DNA of 64,000 bases, taken from assembly GCA_000146465.1 (NCBI GenBank), contig CP001944.1; one strand, written 5' to 3'. The translations under genes and the position numbers were made by a program. The notes beneath the pieces were generated by a model, which saw nothing but the letters and a program-made list of their open reading frames with translations, was not told the DNA's origin and ran no database searches. Every line of letters begins with the position of its first letter. Within the stretch, counting starts at the first letter, position 1. Positions 31,849-41,736 of this stretch are shown piece after piece.

Positions 31849-32913
31849 GAGGAGAAACATAAATTCTGGAATACACAGCCCGTTGGCAAAAATGGATTGG
31901 GAATTATATCTAACGAAAGATCTGTATCTCTGGAGAAGCCAAAGCTTCCTGGGGGATTTCGGCTTGAAGAACTAGAAAGTATTGAGGAATTAGCCAGGTT
32001 TCTTGAGGAAAATTATGTAGAAGATGTCCATTCAGGACATATGCTTAAATACTCTAAAGATTTCTTGGAATGGGTAATTGGGAGTGATGAGGCAAGAAAG
32101 AAATATTCTGTTGTACTCCGATTGTGCGGACGGATGGTAGGATTTATATTTGCTCAGGAACATTGGATAGTTATCCGGGAACAGAAGAACCGTGTGGTTG
32201 GAGTGAACTTTTTATGTGTTTCGCAGGAAATGCGCGGGAGGGGATTAGCACCCATACTTATAAAGGAAGTTACAAGACAAGCAAATGTGGATGGGATCTT
32301 CCAAGGAGTGTTTACAAACGGAATAGAACTATTTTTCAATATTTCTCACGGGAGATATTACCACCGGCCTCTGAATGGAGAGAATCTGTTCATGAGTGGG
32401 TTTAGCGACCGGATTATAAAGTCCCGAAAGACTCATGTGAGAGAAGGAACAAGGGTAGCAGAGGAAAAAGACATGGTGGACATAGAAAAGCTGTATCTGC
32501 AAGAGAGTGAAAAACACATGTTCTATGAAGAAATAAGATCTTCGAATATATCATCTACATTTAAAACTGTGAAGAATGTGATACATACATATGTCCATGA
32601 AAGCGGTGGAAAGATTGACGGGTTTGGATCGTTCTTTATAATTGACACTATTGAAAAAAAGTCCAAAAGAAAAGTCCAAGGAGGATATCTGTACTACAGA
32701 GGAGGAAGGGATATCAAAGAAATGGTTGAGGATCTTATATATTTCGCAGAAAAAGAGGGATGCGATGTATTCACTTGCCTCGATACAATGGGAAACTCCT
32801 CATTCCTGGCAGACCTAGGGTTTTTTCCTGGAAGTGGAGAAATCCGATATTATCTGTACAATTGGAGCACTCGGGAAGTACCGAAAGATAAGGTCTTCTT
32901 TATTCTTCCATGA
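31846..32913 (+). CDS. NMT1: Glycylpeptide N-tetradecanoyltransferase (N-myristoyltransferase)
   Basis: 'HKFWNTQPV' N-terminal signature and a GNAT-fold duplication. 'accctggaaATG' start motif. Confidence 0.85.
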   Translation: MEEKHKFWNTQPVGKNGLGIISNERSVSLEKPKLPGGFRLEELESIEELARFLEENYVEDVHSGHMLKYSKDFLEWVIGSDEARKKYSVVLRLCGRMVGFIFAQEHWIVIREQKNRVVGVNFLCVSQEMRGRGLAPILIKEVTRQANVDGIFQGVFTNGIELFFNISHGRYYHRPLNGENLFMSGFSDRIIKSRKTHVREGTRVAEEKDMVDIEKLYLQESEKHMFYEEIRSSNISSTFKTVKNVIHTYVHESGGKIDGFGSFFIIDTIEKKSKRKVQGGYLYYRGGRDIKEMVEDLIYFAEKEGCDVFTCLDTMGNSSFLADLGFFPGSGEIRYYLYNWSTREVPKDKVFFILP

Positions 32914-33001
32914 GTACTGTGAAAGAGATAAGTAAAGAAAATGACTTCATAAAATCTTTTAAGATGGTTTAGAAATATTTGGCGTGTTTTCTTGAGGCCC
33001 A

Positions 33002-33919
33002 ATGAAGCTAGTGACTCACAATGAGAGGTTTCACTACGATGAAATTCTCGCATCCTGTGTGCTTCTTCGTATATATCCGGATGCTGAAGTGATAAGAACA
33101 AGAGATGACTCGATCATTTCTCAGGGAGACATCGTTTACGATGTCGGAAGGGTGTTTGATCCTCAGTCAGGAAGATTTGACCATCACCAAAGAACATTTT
33201 CCGAAACATTTTCCCCAAAATACAGGACTAAGCTTAGCAGTAGTGGACTCATATTCAAATATTTCCATAAGAAGCTCTTGGCCTTGTACGGAGTGGAGGA
33301 GTCGTGCAGAATATACGAGCTTGTGGTAGACAAAATATATTCGGAATTCTTTCTTTACGCCGATGCCATAGACAACGGGATTGATATATACGGGGAAATA
33401 AGGCCTCGAAGTATTGCCGACTTGGTAAGTCTGTTTAATTCTGACGAGCCAAACGAGGACTTGGAAAATCAGAGGTTCCTTGAGGCGCTAAAGATTGTAG
33501 ATAAAGATCTAGACAATTACTTAAAGAGAATCAGAACATGGATTGACAGCTATGAATACGTGGAAAGTAAAATAAAAGAAACCAACGGCCCAATTCTTGT
33601 ACTTGACAAGCACTATAGCACTGACCTGGTTTTGGAAATTGAAGGTAGCCATCAAAAAGATTTCAAGTTCATGGTATTTCCTTTGAGAAATGCTTACAGA
33701 GTAATGGCAATACCTAAATGCAAAGGGTCATTCGAGACAAAAAACCCTCTGAAGAAGGAATGGCGCGGGCTAGTAAACGAGGACTTAGTGCGGGTATCTG
33801 GAATTGAAGGTTGCACTTTTGTCCATTCTTCAGGGTTTATGGGGATTAACAGTTCTCTTGAAAATGCCTTGAAAATGTGTTCGGAGTCTCTTCCAAACAA
33901 CAGAAATCTAAATCAATAA
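33002..33919 (+). CDS. MYG1/UPF0160 family metal-dependent hydrolase
   Basis: 'LVTHNERFHYDEILASCVLLRIYPDAEVIRTRD...GDIVYDVGRVFDPQSGRFDHHQR' matches the MYG1 'THSGSFHADEALA...IRTRD...YDHHQR' pattern. Confidence 0.8.
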   Translation: MKLVTHNERFHYDEILASCVLLRIYPDAEVIRTRDDSIISQGDIVYDVGRVFDPQSGRFDHHQRTFSETFSPKYRTKLSSSGLIFKYFHKKLLALYGVEESCRIYELVVDKIYSEFFLYADAIDNGIDIYGEIRPRSIADLVSLFNSDEPNEDLENQRFLEALKIVDKDLDNYLKRIRTWIDSYEYVESKIKETNGPILVLDKHYSTDLVLEIEGSHQKDFKFMVFPLRNAYRVMAIPKCKGSFETKNPLKKEWRGLVNEDLVRVSGIEGCTFVHSSGFMGINSSLENALKMCSESLPNNRNLNQ

Positions 33920-33943
33920 AACAACAATTTATTCAATACGAAC

Positions 33944-35188
33944 TCATGGATCTTCCTTTGAATCGAACGTTTCGTAGTCGTCGGAGTCTTCTCCTTCTTT
34001 TTTCTTGGACAGCTCTTCGTCGTCGCTCTCATCACTTATAAAAGATGGCGGAATGTCGATCATTTGTACCGACGGCGCATGAGATATTCCTCGAAGATTC
34101 TCATACACCGATGCTATAATGCTATCCAGACTTTCTCTGGTGTTCTGATTAGCTATATTTGATGTAGGGACATCTATCTTATATGTTGGAGCATAATAGT
34201 CAAAGTACTCATTGTAGGGTATCTCTTTTGGAATATCCACATCCAGAACAACACTTGTCCCATAAGCCCATGCTTTTGAGACATTCCCGATAGTGTATCC
34301 TCCACCGCCGAGGAGAATAAGAGGGATATTAAAGCTCTGCACAAACTTGATACATCTAGAATGTCCCAGGTGCGAAAGATTGAAGCATCCTAATTTATCT
34401 CCAGAAAGTGAGTCTGCTCCCGACTGGAGTACAATTGCATTCGGCCTATAAACTTCTATAACCTTACTAACAACCGGCTTGAAAATGCTAAAGTAACTTT
34501 CGTCGTCAATTCCATCTTTTAGAGGAACATTGACAGAATAACCTCTTCCCTTTGCTAACCCAATGTCCGAGACCATTCCGGTTCCTGGGAAGTAGTCTCC
34601 ATACTTGTGAAAGGAAACAGTCATCACTCTGTCTGTGGTATAGAATGCCTCCTCAACCCCGTCTCCATGATGCACGTCTATATCTATGTATAGAACCCTC
34701 TTGTTATACTTCAGAAGCTCAAGAATTCCTAGAACTATGTCATTTACATAACAAAACCCCGAAGCTTCGCTTCTCTTGGCATGGTGCAATCCCCCAGCCC
34801 AGTTGATTGCAACGTCGTATTTCCCAGAGCTAATCTTCTGAGCCGCATAAATGCTTCCTCCTGCAGTAAGTTTGCAGTAATCATAAAGCCCTGGAAACAC
34901 AGGGCAGTCATCTCTAATGTTGAACTTGTGAAGGTCTTTAATCATTTCCTCCATGTTTTCACTGGAAACACTTGAAAGGAAGTTTATATAATCCACTGAA
35001 TGGAAGTTTGTTAGGTTTTCATATGATGCCTGAAATGGCCTGAGGATATCCATGTACTTGTAAAGTTCATATCCAACAAGAAGAGTATGTGTCATCTTTA
35101 CTCTCAGAGGTTTCATAGGATGTCCCATTGCATAGCTGAAGTTCCCTATTTCGGGATCGTAAAAGTATACCACTCTCTTACTACTCAT
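33944..35188 (-). CDS. RPD3: Class I histone deacetylase (Rpd3/HDAC1-like)
   Basis: '[33 protein letters not shown]...', '[14 protein letters not shown]' and an acidic C-terminal tail. 'aaccccggATG' start motif. Confidence 0.95.
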   Translation of the reverse strand: MSSKRVVYFYDPEIGNFSYAMGHPMKPLRVKMTHTLLVGYELYKYMDILRPFQASYENLTNFHSVDYINFLSSVSSENMEEMIKDLHKFNIRDDCPVFPGLYDYCKLTAGGSIYAAQKISSGKYDVAINWAGGLHHAKRSEASGFCYVNDIVLGILELLKYNKRVLYIDIDVHHGDGVEEAFYTTDRVMTVSFHKYGDYFPGTGMVSDIGLAKGRGYSVNVPLKDGIDDESYFSIFKPVVSKVIEVYRPNAIVLQSGADSLSGDKLGCFNLSHLGHSRCIKFVQSFNIPLILLGGGGYTIGNVSKAWAYGTSVVLDVDIPKEIPYNEYFDYYAPTYKIDVPTSNIANQNTRESLDSIIASVYENLRGISHAPSVQMIDIPPSFISDESDDEELSKKKEGEDSDDYETFDSKEDP

Positions 35189-35267
35189 CCGGGGTTAAAA
35201 ATTTCGGTATCAAATATCATAGGTGTACTTTCAGGCCTTCGGATCTTATAGGATATGGTTTCCTCCA

Positions 35268-36311
35268 TTATCTATAGCTAAACTTCAGGAGCCCACAAAT
35301 TCCTCCCATCTCCTTCAGCTTCTCCCCAGAGAAATGTGCAACAGGGACAATAGATATCTTGCAGTTCATCCCTTGGATCTCTCGGCAGAACAATTCCATC
35401 TCTCTTCTTTTCTCAACATCATTAGGCCTCATTTTTTCATCGGTGATCATGAGCCGGTCTAGGGCTCCGTAGTCCATTGCTTCCCTAATACTTTCCATTC
35501 CGATGCAGACCAGGTCAGACCCTTTTGCGAACTTGACAAAAAAGTTGTCCACCTCCCTTAGATCGTCAATATACTGAACTCCCTGAAAAGTCTTGGAGAG
35601 ATCTTTGTCTGTGAGTATTGTATTGATGACCTTTGAATTAGAGCATCCTCTGCATTCAGGAGGGACCTTAACCACACAGAAGCTGCTCTGTATCTTCTTT
35701 AACTCCTTCGAGTTCACCACAGCCTTGTAAAACTCGTTTCTTATCTCGAATGCACTTGCAACCACAAATAGACTTATCTTATCAGCATACTTCTCCAATG
35801 TCTTAATGACATTGGTAAATTTCTTGTTTTTCATCTCCTGCTTTAATACTATACTAATTTTACTACGGGTTACTATAGACACAACACATTCTTTTTCGTA
35901 AAACACTACAAAAGCTGTTTCAAGCTGGGGCTTTGCAGCCTCTTTGAGTAATCTTATAGACATCTCCTGCCATTCGTCTTTTTCCAATGAAAAAGGCTGC
36001 CCAAGAGTTATATCTATCGTATGGTACGACCCAAGCTTGACATATTCATTAATTAGAACGGTCTTTCCCTTAAGATATATGGTAGAGCTTTCCAAGTCCA
36101 CATTTATGGCTTCCACTTTTATTTTTAGTGTGAGTGTTACTCTATGCTGCGTCTTTCCATCAATTTGGATTTTACGTGTTGTCACCGACGTCACCATATC
36201 ACCCACTTCTATGACAGAACTTAGAGTGTATATGTCTTCTTGATGCTCTGGAGTCATTTTTATGCTTCCTGATCTGCATTTTTGGTCTATTTTATTCTTC
36301 TCGAGCTTCAT
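35268..36311 (-). CDS. DOM34: Pelota/Dom34 (no-go decay ribosome rescue factor)
   Basis: 'MKLEKNKIDQKCRSGSIKMTPEHQEDIYTLSSVIEVGDMV' matches the Pelota N-domain and has an eRF1-like central and C-terminal region. 'gccctggaaATG' start motif. Confidence 0.8.
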   Translation of the reverse strand: MKLEKNKIDQKCRSGSIKMTPEHQEDIYTLSSVIEVGDMVTSVTTRKIQIDGKTQHRVTLTLKIKVEAINVDLESSTIYLKGKTVLINEYVKLGSYHTIDITLGQPFSLEKDEWQEMSIRLLKEAAKPQLETAFVVFYEKECVVSIVTRSKISIVLKQEMKNKKFTNVIKTLEKYADKISLFVVASAFEIRNEFYKAVVNSKELKKIQSSFCVVKVPPECRGCSNSKVINTILTDKDLSKTFQGVQYIDDLREVDNFFVKFAKGSDLVCIGMESIREAMDYGALDRLMITDEKMRPNDVEKRREMELFCREIQGMNCKISIVPVAHFSGEKLKEMGGICGLLKFSYR

Positions 36312-36320
36312 TTCCAGGGC
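36309..36320 (-). promoter_or_regulatory. Start-proximal CCC motif 'gccctggaaATG' (Pelota, minus strand)
   Basis: Reverse complement of 36309-36320 reads gccctggaaATG. Confidence 0.55.
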
Positions 36321-36419
36321 CGTTTGCCTCGCATTTGATAAGGAATTCGGCCTGTTTTAAAACACCCGTCATTTGAATTCTGCTACAAAGGAATAAGTTA
36401 GATTATTGATTTCCCAGAC

Positions 36420-37220
36420 ATGAACAAAGAACTCGAAGACGTAGTTTCCTCTATAAAGTCCAAACTCCAAGCACTAACGAGCAACAAAAAGGGAGACTCG
36501 GGGACAGTGCTTATAATAGGAGGAAGCAGACTCTACACAGGGGCACCTTACTTTGTCTCTTTAGCAGCGTTCTATACTGGATGTGAGCTAGTATATGTAT
36601 TCTCCGAGGAAGAGTCCATCATTCCTTTGAAAATATTGCTCCCCGAATCTATAGTTTGTGGCATTGAGTATCAGGAGTGGCTCCTTGAAAAGGTTTCTGC
36701 GTGTGTAATTGGCCCTGGACTTGGGAGGCCATCGGAGGAAACACAAGAAGAAATAAGAAAGATACTACTACACCTAAGCCGAAGAAATGTTCCTGTGGTT
36801 GTAGATGGAGATGGAATAAGGTTGGCGGAGAAACTTGGAATCGAAAATTTTGGAACTGTCATCATTACACCCAACATCAACGAGCGAAAACATGTCGAAA
36901 AGATTGAAAAAAGATTTTTCTATGTTCTGAAAGGCTCTACCGATGTGATCTTGTGGTCAGGTAGGGAAATAAAAATCGAAGACGAAGGATGTCCAAAGAG
37001 AATAGGAGGACAGGGAGACATCCTAGCAGGCACTATAGCATCACTTGTTTCAAAGTGTAAGGCACCTGCTATGGAGATAGATGTACTTGGATCTATATTA
37101 CTTGGATGTATGATGGTTAGAAAAGCAGGAAGACTTGCATATCAAAAGTACAAGAGAGGTTTAATAACCAGAGATATACTGGAAGAGCTCAAAACCATCT
37201 TTAAAATTGAGTTTGAGTAA
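36420..37220 (+). CDS. ATP-dependent NAD(P)H-hydrate dehydratase (CARKD/YjeF C-terminal domain)
   Basis: 'KKGDSGTVLIIGGSRLYTGAPYFVSLAAFYTGCELVYVF' and 'GGQGDILAGTIAS' are carbohydrate-kinase-like NNR dehydratase motifs. Confidence 0.75.
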   Translation: MNKELEDVVSSIKSKLQALTSNKKGDSGTVLIIGGSRLYTGAPYFVSLAAFYTGCELVYVFSEEESIIPLKILLPESIVCGIEYQEWLLEKVSACVIGPGLGRPSEETQEEIRKILLHLSRRNVPVVVDGDGIRLAEKLGIENFGTVIITPNINERKHVEKIEKRFFYVLKGSTDVILWSGREIKIEDEGCPKRIGGQGDILAGTIASLVSKCKAPAMEIDVLGSILLGCMMVRKAGRLAYQKYKRGLITRDILEELKTIFKIEFE

Positions 37221-37608
37221 TTATCTATGGGCCTTTCTTCAAACGAAGGGCTTCTCCCTTAGTAAGCTATTTGTTGTTCGAATAATAGTACTAGATTAGA
37301 TATTATATGATCAAAATATATTACAATTATAAGGTATGAAAATATTTTAGATCTAAATTTTTCCATATAGCGATTTCAAAATAGATTATTTTCTAAGTGC
37401 AATAAATTGAAAATATCATGGCCACAAGTTATACAGGGATGATATATTGAACAGAATTGTCCTTAATTTCCAGGGTATAATAGTCATCTTATTTATTCTG
37501 GTCATTAATATAGTATTACTTTTAAATATATCAACAGTGTTTGACATATATTGAAAAGGTGCATTAATTCAACATAAAACGTTAAAAGAGGATTCAAACA
37601 ACTTAAAA
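37221..37608. promoter_or_regulatory. Unusually long AT-rich intergenic tract upstream of a minimal homeobox gene
   Basis: About 390 bp without a credible ORF, strongly AT-rich with many short A/T runs, whereas most spacers in this window are under 60 bp. Confidence 0.3.
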
Positions 37609-37893
37609 ATGAAAGGAAGATACAAGTTGAGCAAAAAGTCAAGATTATCGAGGGCTCAAAGAGATTTTCTTAATGCTTACTTCGAAATGAATCCAAATCC
37701 AAATGCTCAGGAGAGGGAATCCATTGCATCCCAATCGCTGATATCCAAAGAAAAGGTTAGAAACTGGTTTCAAAACAGAAGATCCAAAGAAAGAGGAGAC
37801 GATAAGGTATCTTCTTGTCTGAGCATTTCCGATGCAAATTTTACCGAAACCGGAGTTCATCCGATGTCAAATGACCTTTATATTCGGAGGTAG
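37609..37893 (+). CDS. Minimal homeobox protein (94 aa; little more than a homeodomain)
   Basis: 'KLSKKSRLSRAQRDFLNAYFEMNPNPNAQERESIASQSLISKEKVRNWFQNRRSKER', with L16, F20, W48, F49, N51 and R53 all in register. Confidence 0.75.
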   Translation: MKGRYKLSKKSRLSRAQRDFLNAYFEMNPNPNAQERESIASQSLISKEKVRNWFQNRRSKERGDDKVSSCLSISDANFTETGVHPMSNDLYIRR

Positions 37894-38024
37894 CTTGATA
37901 GATCATGTCTGTATGAGGTTGTGTTTCAATAAATATTGGTTTATTTGTTTTCTGGAGAAGGCTTTCGTCTTAAATACCGGTGAGAAATTTCGCAAGCAGC
38001 CAAGTAAGTAATAGTGGGCTGTTC

Positions 38025-39566
38025 TTATTTGGGCTTTCCGGCGGGAGTAAGCGAAACATGTGTCCGAGAGTCTATTCTTTTTATCAAGGATTCGGCCAGG
38101 TCTCCGATCCTAACGTTTCTCATAAGTGCAGACTTCACTTCGTTTTCACACAGAATTTTGTTCTCAACAAGATACATTACTCCATCCTCCAATCCTTCAA
38201 AAGAATCCACTCTTTCCAAGGAATACTTTATCTCCTTAGGAATGTTGTATTTGATCGACATCAGGAAATATGCCTCCATCACATTTTGATCATACATAGA
38301 TGCCTTCTTGAGGCTAATAAGACCGTTCTTGATGTCCTGGAGCTGGATTCTGCACATGGCTAGGTTCCTCAGAAATACTGCATTTCTTTGATCATCGGCC
38401 ACCAGTCTTTCATATACTACTTCTGCTTCCGAAAACCTTTTGGCAGATGTAAGAGCAGATGCATATAAAAACTGTATTTCAGTATTCCATGGGACTATTT
38501 CAAGCGCCTTTTTAAAAGAAATTATTGCTTTTTCGGTGTCTCCGGCTTTAAGAAAGTAAACTCCTTTTGCTCTTAATGGTTCGTACGAGTGGTATATGCT
38601 GAGAGCCCTATCAAAATAATTCTCCTCTCCGGTTATGATCCCAAGAATTATGTTCATATTGCACAGTCTCACCTTTGACTCGTGGCTTGTGGGATCACCG
38701 ATACTTCTTACTTCCTCGAGAGCCCTTTCTACAGCCTCATCATTTCTATTAAGTTTTACTAGACAATTGATGATCTTTGTATTACACCTATATTTCTGAA
38801 AGTATACAAGAGCTTTTGAATATGCAGAGCAGTTGTAATAGGCATCACCTAGAAGCTTTTCCCACTCACTATGAAACACAAATGGGATTTCAAATATTGA
38901 GTCTGTTATTCTTTCATGGGTAAACTCCAAGTCGTATGGTTCTAGATTGAGCATCATGAGGTAATAGTGTGCTGTCATCTTCACTACTTCGCTTTTTTCA
39001 TTCCATGGAAACAGCACTCTGTCTATGTACGCTTGGACTTTCAACCTTCTGAGATCCGGGCAAATTTCCGTATTAAAGACCCTTATCATTTCCACCAAAA
39101 GTATAGACTGTTCTCCCACGCTTAGGCTCGGAACAATTTCGTTTTCAAACTTGTATTTTTCGGTGCTATAGACATGTTTCTTTTCGTTGCTTGTGCCATT
39201 ACATCTCACAATCAGTATGGAATTTCCATAAGCCCCTTCATTTGTAGGGACACATCCAACCAGTTCGTACCGGAAACCATACATAGAAAGATCAATTTTC
39301 TCGTATTCTTTAAACGACAGCATCATGCATGCTCTTTCCAAACCGCTCAATTCCCTAGGTATACAAAACGGCTGGGGATCCTTGAGACATAAGTTCATCA
39401 TATAGTTCAAGCGGCTCTTCTCAATTTCATTGGCTGGTTTAGCATTCTGCAGGAGATCTAGAAGTACAATTCCACTCTTGAAAGCTCCGGAATTCTCTAG
39501 ACTCGGCATTTCCGAACAGTAGGCCGAAAATACATTTGATGCAATAAACGTCCTTAAATCTTCCAT
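38025..39566 (-). CDS. TPR-repeat protein (possibly an APC/C TPR subunit)
   Basis: C-terminal tandem TPRs, e.g. 'EKAIISFKKALEIVPWNTEIQFLYASAL...AEVVYERLV'. The ORF-track start at 39614 is TTG; the ATG at 39566 is preceded by 'catccccgatatcta'. Confidence 0.5.
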   Translation of the reverse strand: MEDLRTFIASNVFSAYCSEMPSLENSGAFKSGIVLLDLLQNAKPANEIEKSRLNYMMNLCLKDPQPFCIPRELSGLERACMMLSFKEYEKIDLSMYGFRYELVGCVPTNEGAYGNSILIVRCNGTSNEKKHVYSTEKYKFENEIVPSLSVGEQSILLVEMIRVFNTEICPDLRRLKVQAYIDRVLFPWNEKSEVVKMTAHYYLMMLNLEPYDLEFTHERITDSIFEIPFVFHSEWEKLLGDAYYNCSAYSKALVYFQKYRCNTKIINCLVKLNRNDEAVERALEEVRSIGDPTSHESKVRLCNMNIILGIITGEENYFDRALSIYHSYEPLRAKGVYFLKAGDTEKAIISFKKALEIVPWNTEIQFLYASALTSAKRFSEAEVVYERLVADDQRNAVFLRNLAMCRIQLQDIKNGLISLKKASMYDQNVMEAYFLMSIKYNIPKEIKYSLERVDSFEGLEDGVMYLVENKILCENEVKSALMRNVRIGDLAESLIKRIDSRTHVSLTPAGKPK

Positions 39567-39636
39567 TAGATATCGGGGATGAAAAGACGTACAAAATAGA
39601 CATAAAGAGTCCAAAGCCCATATTTAATTCTAGGTC

Positions 39637-41673
39637 TTACTGGAAAGAGACGTCGGGCTCGTCAAGGAGAGAGAGAAGTTGTTTGATTGACATGGGCTCT
39701 TCGTAACATATGTCGGAGAAGCAAGGATTCTGATTGCATAAGATCTCATAATCGGGAAACCCAATTTTTTCAACTTCATATGAAGACTGGAAACATTCAT
39801 AGATACCACATTCCTTCATGACCTCAATCGAGCTTGTAGTACCAAACACAAACATCTTCTTTTTGCTCTCTTCCTTGATGAATATCTTCAGTGCTTGCAA
39901 TACGGCGTTACTAAACCTAGGTCCTATGTTTACAAAGTCAATAAGTCCTTCAATATCGTCCAGGATTACTATGGCCTCTTCAGACTTATATGCATCCATA
40001 AACTTCCCTTTTATATAGTTCACCTTCTCGTACTCGCTTAGTCCTATGATGTCTCTTGGCGAAATAATCTTTATAAACGGAAACATCGAAGATCTTGCTG
40101 CTTTCACAGCTAGCGTTGTTTTACCTGTTCCTGGAAATCCATGGAACAGCAGAGAAGATGTGGAGTAAAGATTTGTCTTTCTTAGCTTTTGAAGGAGATT
40201 CTTGCCATGTTCGATTCCCTGGGTGAATATAGGAGTCTCGTAAAAGGTCTTTTCGAATCTGTAGAAATCCTGCTCGTTTATCCCGAAGGAAGGCTTAACC
40301 TCATCGAGTGCTTGAATAAAGTCATTCATATAGACCTTGATATTCTTGTCTCCGACAACACTCATTCTTTCTTTATCGTCCTTCTCTCCATGGACCTTTC
40401 TCTCCAAAGCAAAGGAGACAGCACTCTTTACAACTGCTGTTATCTCCGCTCCTGTATAGTTTTTCGAAAGTTTGGCTATTTTGTTTAAGTCAACGCTTTT
40501 GTCCAGGTAGTCGTGGCTTTCCATCGTTTTTGTATGTATCCTAAAGATTTCAATTCTGGATTCTTCGTCAGGAAGGGAAATCTCCAGATGAATCTCAAAT
40601 CTCCCTGGCCTGAGTAGAGCCTCGTCAATCAGGTCCAGCCTATTAGTCATCCCGATAACCAGGATGTTTTCTATCGACTCCACTCCATCCATCTTACTAA
40701 GAAGTTGATTGACTACTTGGTCTCCAACTCCTGCTCCACTGCTGTTTCCTCTTCTTCTACAGATCGCGTCAATCTCATCGAATATTATGATATGAAGATT
40801 GCTGTCCTCCTTCTTTACTTTCCATTCCTCTTCAGCATCCTTAAACAAGTTCCTAATGTTTTCTTCGCTCTGCCCAACATATTTGTTGAGAATTTCCGGG
40901 CCATTTACTATCTTTGGTGGCCTGGCATTGAGAAGAGATCCAAGTTTCCTTGCAATTAATGTCTTTCCTGTCCCTGGAGGCCCGTACAGGATTATTCCCT
41001 TTACATGAGGTATTCCAAACTTTTTGATCACATCTGAGTCAAATGCCCTTTGTACAAATGCTCTCCTGAACATCTTTCCAAACTCCTGCTTTAGTCCTCC
41101 AATCCCAAGAGATTCAAAGTTGAAGTTTGGATCCAACAGCATGTTTTCTCTAGAGTTGTTTGACAAAACCAGCCTCTCCGAGACAGAGTTGATAAAAACT
41201 TCCGTGTTCTTCAGAAGAATTCCATACCTCTTATCCAGAGCAGTGAACATCTCCCGAACAAACACCTTAAATCCTAGGTCTCCAATGTACAAGTAAAACT
41301 TTTGATCGATGTTAAATGGAAAGGATACATAAATGTTCTTGAACTTCTCAACAAGCTCTTTTGCATCGAGATCAACCTTTTCCAGATTGATGATCTCTAT
41401 GTCGAGCTTTAAGAGAGAGATTGGATCGCATTCAACAACATTCAGGTGTTTGACACTTATCTCATCTTTCCCAACACTTTTGTTTAGAAATTCCCTTTGA
41501 ATCTTGCTCAGCTGGGCATTGCATCCATCGGTAAAGTCAAACTTAAAGGCATACTTACTGTCCACCAATATAAACTCTGAAGGATCTAGCCCAGATGTCC
41601 TTGGGATGTATATCTTATTTATTTTTCCCCTTTCCACCTGTTCAATCTTGATGCTCCCTACAACATATTTCAT
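39637..41673 (-). CDS. SEC18: Vesicle-fusing ATPase NSF/Sec18
   Basis: N-domain plus two AAA modules: D1 '[52 protein letters not shown]' (near-identical to NSF) and D2 'LLFHGFPGTGKTTLA'. Confidence 0.9.
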   Translation of the reverse strand: MKYVVGSIKIEQVERGKINKIYIPRTSGLDPSEFILVDSKYAFKFDFTDGCNAQLSKIQREFLNKSVGKDEISVKHLNVVECDPISLLKLDIEIINLEKVDLDAKELVEKFKNIYVSFPFNIDQKFYLYIGDLGFKVFVREMFTALDKRYGILLKNTEVFINSVSERLVLSNNSRENMLLDPNFNFESLGIGGLKQEFGKMFRRAFVQRAFDSDVIKKFGIPHVKGIILYGPPGTGKTLIARKLGSLLNARPPKIVNGPEILNKYVGQSEENIRNLFKDAEEEWKVKKEDSNLHIIIFDEIDAICRRRGNSSGAGVGDQVVNQLLSKMDGVESIENILVIGMTNRLDLIDEALLRPGRFEIHLEISLPDEESRIEIFRIHTKTMESHDYLDKSVDLNKIAKLSKNYTGAEITAVVKSAVSFALERKVHGEKDDKERMSVVGDKNIKVYMNDFIQALDEVKPSFGINEQDFYRFEKTFYETPIFTQGIEHGKNLLQKLRKTNLYSTSSLLFHGFPGTGKTTLAVKAARSSMFPFIKIISPRDIIGLSEYEKVNYIKGKFMDAYKSEEAIVILDDIEGLIDFVNIGPRFSNAVLQALKIFIKEESKKKMFVFGTTSSIEVMKECGIYECFQSSYEVEKIGFPDYEILCNQNPCFSDICYEEPMSIKQLLSLLDEPDVSFQ

Positions 41674-41736
41674 ACAATAGGGTCTGCCTCTCTCTGTTTA
41701 CAAAACAGCTTACAACATTGGCTTATTTCTCGGAAG

